The notes below the pieces were generated by a model. That model saw only the letters and a list, made by a program, of their open reading frames with translations, searched no databases and was not told where the DNA came from. Positions 1 through 7,374 of a stretch of 32,000 nucleotides of DNA are shown here, piece by piece; positions within the stretch are counted from its first letter, which is position 1; every line of letters starts with the position of its first letter. Origin of the DNA: Pantoea sp. Nvir (GTDB taxonomy: Bacteria; Pseudomonadota; Gammaproteobacteria; Enterobacterales; Enterobacteriaceae). The translations under genes were made by a program, and so were the position numbers. The stretch is taken from contig NZ_SZZW01000008.1 of assembly GCF_009829915.1 (NCBI RefSeq), positions 4,707 through 36,706 on the forward strand, in the 5' to 3' direction.

Positions 1-1080
1 ATTTATGAAATTTTCTCTTTCGATACGAATTTTGTTAGAATAAATTTGTGATATTTTATGAGGAGAATGAAAAAGAAAATATTTCTCAAGAGGACATGTA
101 GATCCGGGGATATCAGCTTCAACAGCTCCTGCTTTATTTAATTGTTCAACAAATTGTTTGATATTAATTATAAATTGGTTCTGATTAAATAATATTGGTA
201 ATGCATACCAAGCAGGATTAGCTTTTTCCGGTACTCGGACAACTTTTAGACCTTTAATTGCATCGATACCTTGTTTCATCAATAATGCAGTTTCACGTTT
301 TTCTTCCATCATCTGCTCAAAATAATCCATTTGTGGAAGAACAACCGCAGCTGCTAAAGGATGCATACGTAAATTTAAGCCTGTGCCAGTTGTAGAAAAA
401 TCTTTTAAGTCTTCGTAGCAGACCTCTTTTATAGCACGTTTATTAAAATGTCCAACAAGAACTGCTCTTTCGTACATTCTACGATGTTTCGTAGCAAAAA
501 AACCACCTTCTCCAGAAGTTAAAATTTTCTTTCCCTGAAAACTCCAAGCCGCACCATCAGCAAAACTACCTACTATTTTCCCATCCCATGTTGCACCATG
601 AGCATGCGAGCTATCTTCAAGTAAGAGTAGGTTATGTCTAGAACAAATATCCATGAGCGCGTCAAGATCACATGGAATACCCCACATATGAGTAATGACT
701 ACAGCTTTAGTTTTAGAAGTGACTAGAGATTCAACCGCTTGAGGGTCAATATTTCCGTTGTCACCACAATCCGCAAATTTTAGTTCAGCACCTAACTGAT
801 GAAGTGGTGCACAAGTAGCAAAAAACGTATAGCTAGGTACTATTACCTCATCTCCGTGAGTAATTCCTGCACCATAAAACATAGAGAATAAGGCAGTGGT
901 TCCAGAATTTACTGCAATGGCGTTTTGTACATTAAATTTTTCTTTAAATTTTCTCTCCAAACGTTCATAGATACCACTATCGTCATAGATTGATATCTCT
1001 TCCATCAGCTGAGTTTGAACACTAGAGCATATCTCATTAGTAATCTTAGGGTGAATAAACTTTGAATATTTAACATTCAT
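1..1080 (-). CDS. DegT/DnrJ/EryC1/StrS-family PLP-dependent aminotransferase (amino-sugar/aminocyclitol type); partial, 3' end runs off the left window edge
   Basis: Not in the supplied track because there is no stop inside the window. My reverse-complement translation from the ATG at 1080..1078 stays open for all 360 codons down to position 1: MNVKYSKFIHPKITNEICSS...AVNSGTTALFSMFYGAGITHGDEVIVPSYTFFATCAP...LLLEDSSHAHGATWDGKIVGSFADGAAWSFQGKKILTSGEGGFFATKHR... The NSGT-AL motif, the E-D-x-x-H/Q-A-x-G motif and SFxxxKxxxxGEGG (PLP lysine) are family hallmarks. AAGGAA lies about 9 nt upstream. The start is 14 nt after the stop of ORF 1095..2060, so the two form an operon. Confidence 0.8.
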   Translation of the reverse strand, partial: MNVKYSKFIHPKITNEICSSVQTQLMEEISIYDDSGIYERLERKFKEKFNVQNAIAVNSGTTALFSMFYGAGITHGDEVIVPSYTFFATCAPLHQLGAELKFADCGDNGNIDPQAVESLVTSKTKAVVITHMWGIPCDLDALMDICSRHNLLLLEDSSHAHGATWDGKIVGSFADGAAWSFQGKKILTSGEGGFFATKHRRMYERAVLVGHFNKRAIKEVCYEDLKDFSTTGTGLNLRMHPLAAAVVLPQMDYFEQMMEEKRETALLMKQGIDAIKGLKVVRVPEKANPAWYALPILFNQNQFIINIKQFVEQLNKAGAVEADIPGSTCPLEKYFLFHSPHKISQIYSNKIRIERENFIN

Positions 1081-1094
1081 AATAAATGTTCCTT

Positions 1095-2060
1095 TTAATC
1101 TGTTAATTTATTATATTTACTACTTTCAAAAGCTTTTTCTAGAACACGCATCAAAGAAATTGAGCTATTTAAATTTCTTTCAAACCCTGCTTCTCCCCCC
1201 TCAAAGAGAAATTCTTTATACATTCTAGAAAATGATGAAATATCTTTAACTTTTATAGCATAAATTATCTCTTGCTTTTTGTTCTTTACAACAACTTTTT
1301 TCTTATTTGCATAAAATATTTTATTTTGTCCATAAACAGTAATATCTTCATGCTTTTGCAAAGCTACACATGATATATATGCAATTATGATAACCTTGTC
1401 GCATTCGAGTTCAACAAACGCAATATCGTCTACATTATACTCTCCATTAGAAGAGTTAATTAACCTAGCGTGGTTAATTTTAATTTCCTTTCCATTAAAT
1501 AAATAATTAATAATATCTACAACATGGTGTCCCATGTCTAACCATACACCTCCTCCAGATGTAGAGAACTGACTTCTCCATCTTCCATTTGGATTCCTGC
1601 TAGGAATTGTATATCTAATATCTATCTGAAATATTTTTTCTTGCGTTTCATATATTTTATTTTTTAGAATTTCATATGCTAGTGTATATCTTTTCTGGCA
1701 TACTGTAAGTATCTTAAAATCACGATCACGTGATAAATCACTAAAAATTTTCGATTGAGATAATGTTAAAGCAAATGGTTTTTCTTTAATAACTTTCATT
1801 GGAAAGTTACTACAGTAACTAAGTACCTCATAATACATTGCATGGGGTAATGCAATTACAACCGTATCGGGTTTTATTAAACTAATTAATTCTTTATAAC
1901 TTAAGAAACTGGGTACATAATAATTAAGAAGATTCCTTACATTATTTATGTTCTCTTGTAATAAATCACATACTCCATAAATCTTTACTCCTAATGAATC
2001 TATAGCCGGTATATGTTCTTTTATGACAATATTACCACATCCGATAATAGCAAGTTTCAT
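1095..2060 (-). CDS. Gfo/Idh/MocA-family NAD(P)-dependent oxidoreductase (sugar/inositol dehydrogenase-like)
   Basis: 321-aa ORF. It has an N-terminal Rossmann motif (MKLAIIGCGNIVIKEHIPAI) and the family-typical EKP motif (VIKEKPFALT). A perfect AGGAGG sits 5 nt upstream of the ATG (plus-strand cctcct at 2066-2071). Confidence 0.8.
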   Translation of the reverse strand: MKLAIIGCGNIVIKEHIPAIDSLGVKIYGVCDLLQENINNVRNLLNYYVPSFLSYKELISLIKPDTVVIALPHAMYYEVLSYCSNFPMKVIKEKPFALTLSQSKIFSDLSRDRDFKILTVCQKRYTLAYEILKNKIYETQEKIFQIDIRYTIPSRNPNGRWRSQFSTSGGGVWLDMGHHVVDIINYLFNGKEIKINHARLINSSNGEYNVDDIAFVELECDKVIIIAYISCVALQKHEDITVYGQNKIFYANKKKVVVKNKKQEIIYAIKVKDISSFSRMYKEFLFEGGEAGFERNLNSSISLMRVLEKAFESSKYNKLTD

Positions 2061-2367
2061 ATTAACCTCCTAATTTTATGGTAAGGGAATACCCTTTTCT
2101 ATATAAATAATATATAAAAAAGTAATATAATAGATGAGATATTATTTACTTTTTACGTAAATTTAAATTCTTTCTAATAAAGAAAGAGATTTAACATCTC
2201 TATTTTTTAACATTAATTTATATAAAAATAATTTGATACTTATCATATGTTTAAAGAGGGATTTCATATAAGATCAACAATATATTAGAGTAGTAATTAT
2301 TCTATATTGCAGATCATATATAAAATAATTAAAAAATTAAAGTGCTTTTATAACTTAAAACTATCTA

Positions 2368-2400
2368 ATTAAAAATAAGAATTTAATTCTTATTTTTAAT
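2368..2400. repeat. 33-bp perfect palindrome (16-bp arms, 1-nt centre) in the divergent intergenic region; candidate operator
   Basis: attaaaaataagaatt-t-aattcttatttttaat was checked base by base. The half-site aaaaataagaatt recurs exactly at 3160-3172, about 100 bp upstream of the 3276 ATG. Confidence 0.75.
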
Positions 2401-2845
2401 CTTTCAATAAAAAGCAATGTAGTTCTATATAAATAAGATATATAAATTATATCATTTATATTATATATGATATTTTTTATTTTTATGTACAGAAACTGTA
2501 TCTTCGATATTTTTTTTCATAAAAAAAGAAAATTATTTCTTTATTTTAACAGTACTAAATATGATCTAGCTAAATAAAATAATTTAAAATATTTTAATAA
2601 ATTACTATTCTAAATTTATTAGTGTACTCTCCCTTTTTAAAAGGGATTCACAAATCTAGAGGATTTTTTAAAATTAAGATTGTATAATAAAATGTTATCA
2701 AAAACCTTTATTTCTGATATACCACACTTTTTATAAAAGTAAATTACATTAAATCACTGTTATTAACTATCAAAATGATTTCTTATTTTTACTTAGTTTT
2801 GTATTGAATCTTATTCAAGTTTTTTATTGTATGTTAATTCTTGAT

Positions 2846-2889
2846 AGATAATAGACTATCTTCTTGAATAAGAAGATAGTCTATTATCT
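2846..2889. repeat. Perfect 20-bp inverted repeat with 4-nt loop (stem-loop or protein-binding palindrome)
   Basis: Left arm agataatagactatcttctt is 2846-2865, loop gaat, right arm aagaagatagtctattatct is 2870-2889. There is no flanking T-run on either strand, so it is not a classic terminator. Confidence 0.8.
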
Positions 2890-3275
2890 CACTATATAGT
2901 AATCTTATTGGGTTCACAAGTTATTTATTATTATTTTTTGACAAGCCTCAAAATTGCTTTATTAAAAAATCAGTATTAATAATATTTTGTAAAAAATAAA
3001 AACATATCAATAATTTGATAAGAAAATTTTACAGTATAAAAACAATTATTTATTTAATATAAAAGTTATTATAAAAAAGAAAAATCAGTGATATGTAATT
3101 AATTCTTACATATCTATTTTTAGAGATAGATTATATCATATGATATTCTCTCTTACTTTAAAAATAAGAATTAAATAATATACTACATATCGTAGTTTGA
3201 TAGTATTTTCAATATTCAGGAAAGTATATTTGTATTATACCATCTATAAATCTTTTAGTATTTAGAGGAAAAAAT

Positions 3276-4031
3276 ATGCGATTAATGATTAAATCTAGTT
3301 TAGCACTTTATGAAATTAAACGACGTTTTACTTATCTTAATGAGTTTTATTATAATGAAAATAATTTTTTTCGGAAATCTTCTAATTTTTTACAATTTGT
3401 CCGAGATGAAGGATTATTCTCTATACTAATTCATGAATTATTAGCTAATGAAAATTATTTAACTGAAATTGCATCTAATTCATATAAGCACGTGAATCAT
3501 TTTTCTAAAATTGTTTTAATTAACGACACAAATAAAAATAACTGCCGCCTAACGCTACATATTTGGAAACCCCCATTTACTAAAAATGAAATTAATCAAG
3601 AGCTTATTCATGATCACCGTTTCAGTTTTTCTTCTTATGTTCTTTGTGGGACGCAGATACATGAAATTTTTTATGAATCTAAGAAAAGACCAATTTCTAA
3701 AGTTCGATTTCAAAAATATAAATATCTTCCGTCCATTACAGGGAATATCCATGACTGTTTTTTTGAGAAAGATGTCTACCTGAATAAAATTGCAGAAAAG
3801 ACCGTTAGTCGTGGCAATATATATACTATGCGCAGTGACGTTATTCATCGTATAGTGTTTCCTACTGGTAATGAACCTATCATTTCATTTTTAGTAAGGG
3901 GAAGACAAAAAAAACATTATACTTACACATATAATACATTTTATCCTCGTAAACATACGTTATTTAACGTTCCAATGTATACAACGAACGAATTACGTGA
4001 GTTACTGAAATATACTTTAGAAAAAATCTGA
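3276..4031 (+). CDS. Hypothetical protein, cupin-fold 3-His metalloenzyme-like (cysteine-dioxygenase-like HxH...H pattern)
   Basis: 251-aa ORF with GAGGA 7 nt upstream. The segment RLTLHIWKPP...ELIHDHRFSFSSYVLCGTQIHEIFYE resembles the CDO/COG5553 double-stranded beta-helix motif (xIHDHxxSxxxxxxLxGxL). A distal His lies in DVIHRIVFP. The functional call is weak. Confidence 0.45.
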   Translation: MRLMIKSSLALYEIKRRFTYLNEFYYNENNFFRKSSNFLQFVRDEGLFSILIHELLANENYLTEIASNSYKHVNHFSKIVLINDTNKNNCRLTLHIWKPPFTKNEINQELIHDHRFSFSSYVLCGTQIHEIFYESKKRPISKVRFQKYKYLPSITGNIHDCFFEKDVYLNKIAEKTVSRGNIYTMRSDVIHRIVFPTGNEPIISFLVRGRQKKHYTYTYNTFYPRKHTLFNVPMYTTNELRELLKYTLEKI

Positions 4032-4043
4032 GAATATAATATT

Positions 4044-4871
4044 ATGAGTCTTATTGTTCATAAAGAAGGTTCAGTGCATGAACGGCATGGTGCATATAAT
4101 ATTTTTCGTCAACTAGCTGTGAAGATTTTTGCTGATCATATTGATGATATTCAGTATTATAAGTGGCTTGACGAAATTCCTCATAAAGTGAGTAATCTTT
4201 TCCCTTCTGTAGAGTTTAAAGAACACGATTGGGTAAGAGTTAATCCACCTTTGAATACAGCCGTATATTACGACACTCCTAAATATAATATACTTCCTAC
4301 CGGTTCCTTATTGAGAACATCTTGTAGTAAACTTACCCATGCTTTTTGTGCTTTTAAGATGCCTGAGGATACAACAGGTAACCGCTTGGATAGGCGTCAT
4401 GTATTTGTAGGTAAAGAAAAAGCTATTATCCAGAATGATCCTGGTAGTAAGGCCGCTGTCAGTATTGTTAAAAAACTTATTACCCGTAGCGACGTTGATC
4501 AACCAGGTACTTTTCTTAAGCTAACTACTGGGATTTCACCAAAAAAATTGATTCCCTCCATGATGTTAAAGGGTTATCGTACAACATTTTATGTTCTTAT
4601 AGATGGCTATGATATCCTACGATGTTCTCTCGATCGTTCCTCGGTATGTGATATTCGTTTTAGTAATTATACAGAAGATCTAAGTACTTGGAAAAATTTC
4701 CGAGAAATTGAGTTATCGCTTTATCCAAGAATTGCAGACACCATTAAAGGCGATCCCCGAGTTATTCAAATTATTAAATTCTTACGGGATTCTCTTATTA
4801 AAAGGTTTAATACAAATGTTATTTATAATATAAAGTATCAGCGTGGTATGACATTGCTTGGTAAATATTGA
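4044..4871 (+). CDS. Hypothetical protein; C-terminal half faintly CYTH/triphosphate-tunnel-like
   Basis: 275-aa ORF starting 13 nt after the previous stop, so likely in the same operon. The segment TFLKLTTGISPKK...KGYRTTFYVLIDGYDILRCSLDRS...FREIELSLYP resembles the CYTH strand pattern K-x-R-x-x-[FY]...lD...f-x-EIE. No N-terminal ExExK motif is seen, so function is unassigned. Confidence 0.5.
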   Translation: MSLIVHKEGSVHERHGAYNIFRQLAVKIFADHIDDIQYYKWLDEIPHKVSNLFPSVEFKEHDWVRVNPPLNTAVYYDTPKYNILPTGSLLRTSCSKLTHAFCAFKMPEDTTGNRLDRRHVFVGKEKAIIQNDPGSKAAVSIVKKLITRSDVDQPGTFLKLTTGISPKKLIPSMMLKGYRTTFYVLIDGYDILRCSLDRSSVCDIRFSNYTEDLSTWKNFREIELSLYPRIADTIKGDPRVIQIIKFLRDSLIKRFNTNVIYNIKYQRGMTLLGKY

Positions 4872-5078
4872 AATTTTCTTTCAAAAAATGCCATGCTTTC
4901 CGATAGATTATAAGTATCTATTCAAATCTATAAGAGATAAAAAATTAATTGCGCTTATTTTTAGTCTTGGGCGAAATAGTTTTCTATTTTTTTGTTGATC
5001 TTTATTTTTAATATTTTAAAAAAATTAATTATAAATTATTGCTTCAGTATTATCTTTTAGATAAATTAGGATTCATGA

Positions 5079-5717
5079 ATGTCTGATACTGCTCTTATGT
5101 TATTTAAACCAGAGTTTAATCTTATAGAACGCAGAAGATTTTATCCGCTTATCCGGGACTATCTTACTCTTTTTAACCTCTCTGTTGAGAAAGAGTGTGA
5201 AATATGTACTAGAGATGAAAAAGAGCTTCTTTTCGATTGTGTTTATTCTAGACTTCTTAAAAATGCTCGTAGTAAGTATGAGGATAATTGTATAGGAGGA
5301 TACACTTATTTAGCATTAAAAGCTCAAATTACTGATGAGCAGCTTTTCCGCGAATGGGTTTCTCCACAGAATATAGCTCTGAGTCTCAAAGAAGATTGCT
5401 ATTATCTACAAAAGGATGGACAGAAAGTTATAAATCCTTTCTGTCCATATCAGAGAAGGTTGTTCACTGAAAGTACCACGTCGGTGCATCTTTTTCTTCT
5501 CAGCAAAAATAGTTCTTTATCATGGTCGGAAATTAAACCACTTTTTTAGGGGGATCCTATACAGTTTGGTGAGAACCACAGTGGGATACGTTCACATCTT
5601 AGTCAATGTAGCTGGTATACTTCTTCTACTAATGGCCTCCATTTATCAGCATCGTGTGCTGATGCTTATAAAGAAACTCATGAGGTGATGACATTTTTTA
5701 CTAATAGAGGTTTGTAG
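5079..5717 (+). pseudogene. Nucleoside-diphosphate-kinase-like gene interrupted by one in-frame TAG (5547-5549)
   Basis: The track ORF 5079..5549 (156 aa) begins ALMLFKPEF, compared with the NDK motif TFSIIKPNA. The same frame continues after the TAG with GDPIQFGENHSGIRSHL...TNGLHLSASCADAYKETHEVMTFFTNRGL*, stopping at 5715-5717. This part aligns to the NDK C-terminus (LLGATNP...GTLRADY...[20 protein letters not shown]). The NxxH catalytic-His motif therefore lies downstream of the stop. AGGA lies upstream of the 5079 ATG. Confidence 0.55.
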
Positions 5718-5725
5718 TTCGTAGT

Positions 5726-6280
5726 ATGAAAAAAGAACTTATTCTTATCCGACACGGCCATTCAGAGTGGCAGGCTGATACTACATCTGATGATAAAAAC
5801 AGTCATCTAACAGATAGAGGAATAAGGGAAGCGAGAAAATTGTATAATATGCTTACTGAGTATACGGACTTTACTAATTTTTATTTAGTGAGTAGTCCTT
5901 TACATCGCGCTGTAGAAACTAGTCGCCTAGCTTTACCTCCCTCTCTTTTTTCGTCAATCTTTTTTGATAAGAGTTTTTGTGAAGCATCTTTTCACGTACG
6001 ATCTGAACTAATTTTATCAAAGGATTTTTATCCTGAATTAAAAGGCTCACTAAGCCAAGAATATCTAAATTTTAAGTCAGCTATTAAAACAGCATTGGCC
6101 CGTGTGCTCGCTGTGCATGATCGTGTCATGATTTTTACTCATGGTGGAGTTATCAAGACTATTCTACGTCTTCACTGTGGCTCTGATGCATTCTGTACAC
6201 AGATTGACAATTGCTCAGTTACGCACTTTATAAAAAATAAATATGTATGGTTACTTCGACGAGTTAATTATAGATACTAG
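5726..6280 (+). CDS. Histidine phosphatase superfamily (branch 1, phosphoglycerate-mutase-like) protein
   Basis: 184-aa ORF. It carries the RHG motif (LILIRHGHSEW), LTDRGIREA, SSPLHRAVETS and a distal THGG, which together form the canonical catalytic core pattern. It starts 8 nt after the NDK-like frame ends. Confidence 0.8.
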   Translation: MKKELILIRHGHSEWQADTTSDDKNSHLTDRGIREARKLYNMLTEYTDFTNFYLVSSPLHRAVETSRLALPPSLFSSIFFDKSFCEASFHVRSELILSKDFYPELKGSLSQEYLNFKSAIKTALARVLAVHDRVMIFTHGGVIKTILRLHCGSDAFCTQIDNCSVTHFIKNKYVWLLRRVNYRY

Positions 6281-7102
6281 GTTAGATTGCAGTCGTGTCC
6301 ATAATATTAAATCTTTATTTATAAATTGTATTATTTAGTATTTATCTGAAATTTTATGCCGAATACTGCATTTAGTTATTTATAAAAAACTTTAGAAAAC
6401 TATATATTTACTTATAAAATTAATATGACTCCCTTCATAAGGGAATCATATATACTATATGACTTTTTTTAAAAAAAGTAAAAGAAGTTACTTCTTTCTG
6501 TAGTAAAGAAAAGTAATTTTATGACATACTTAGTATATATATGAAAAAATAATTATAATTATGTTGTAAAGTTATATAACTTTACTATTATGATCTGTAG
6601 TTATGATTAACTAGAATTAATTTCATATAAAATTCATAATTTTTATGTCCCATTAAATTTAATTTGGAAAATATTTCCTATTAAAAATTAATTTAAATTA
6701 AAGTATTTTTTATTAGTTTGAAAAACTATACTTTTTATATTAAAAAGTGGTTTTGTTAGATGAGATTAATGATGGAAAATATGGAAATATATAGGTCTTA
6801 ATGTATTTCCCATTGATTATGAACTTCTTTAAAAAAGAAAATAAAGGGTTATTGATATGAAAATATCTGTAACCGTGCATATATACTGAAAATTAATGAT
6901 TTAATCAGTAGTTCAAAGAGAGATTTAAATAAATTAGTTTAAATTGTTCATGTATTTATTTACATTTTTTTAAAAATTTTCTTTCCTTTTCTAGAGTGAT
7001 TCACTATGCCACGAATTTTCTTAAATAGTCTTCTAGAGAAGCAACCTCTACTTAAGAGTACTAGTAGTGTTTGGATTTTATTTTTTCACTCTAGTACTAT
7101 TG

Positions 7103-7111
7103 TTATCCACA
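7103..7111 (+). promoter_or_regulatory. Consensus DnaA box TTATCCACA (origin 1)
   Basis: Exact 9/9 match, lying at the outer edge of the origin-like region upstream of repA-1. Confidence 0.75.
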
Positions 7112-7123
7112 GTTTTACAGGTT

Positions 7124-7172
7124 AGATCCAATAATTAGACCAATAAGATCCTATATAGTACCAAATAGATCC
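7124..7172. repeat. Three phased AGATCC (GATC/Dam) repeats of origin 1
   Basis: AGATCC occurs at 7124, 7146 and 7167, with spacing of 22 and 21 bp. The repeats lie between the DnaA box and the iterons, as in P1-type oriR. Confidence 0.65.
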
Positions 7173-7219
7173 CCGTAAGCTGTAGGCCGCACTGTACTTG
7201 GCTTAAAGGCTTATCCTGA

Positions 7220-7324
7220 TGTGTGCTGGCGGGATAAAAATGTGTGCTGGCGGGATAAAAATGTGTGCTGGCGGGATAAAAATGTGTGCTGGCGGGATAA
7301 AAATGTGTGCTGGCGGGATAAAAC
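7220..7324 (+). repeat. Five directly abutting 21-bp iterons (tgtgtgctggcgggataaaaa) of replicon 1
   Basis: Units are at 7220, 7241, 7262, 7283 and 7304. Four are identical and the fifth ends ...aaaac. The array ends 50 bp upstream of the repA-1 ATG. Confidence 0.9.
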
Positions 7325-7374
7325 TACTTTTAGTGCATTCTTTGAATTCTTTTTTAAAGAAATGAGATAACTCA

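Noticed and set aside
3555-3848. Antisense or overlapping short ORFs from the six-frame track: 3555..3848(-), 3586..3783(+), 4308..4502(-), 7400..7651(+), 9125..9331(-), 9750..9989(-), 10131..10655(-), 10698..10904(-), and 12287..12511, 12829..13017, 13178..13423, 13769..13990, 15612..15815, 16717..16950, 17017..17199, 17476..17658, 18985..19242, 21177..21386, 21812..22189, 24777..25055, 25093..25284, 25464..25664, 26400..26582, 27320..27565, 27666..28073, 28490..28720, 28794..29093.
   Set aside because: Each lies entirely inside, or antisense to, a well-supported family-assignable gene. None has a recognisable motif or RBS, and their composition is typical of shadow ORFs.
6760-6774. atgagattaatgatg (a mini-ORF MRLMMENMEIYRS*) matches the start of the 251-aa gene (atgcgattaatgatt, 3276-3290) at 13/15 positions.
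   Set aside because: The match is short, in very AT-rich DNA, with no extended similarity beyond 15 nt and no convincing RBS. It is most likely chance.
7220-7324. Five identical 21-bp direct repeats could be mistaken for a CRISPR array.
   Set aside because: The repeats abut with no spacers and sit between a DnaA box/GATC cluster and a repA gene, with extra copies after repA. These are plasmid iterons. No cas genes are present.
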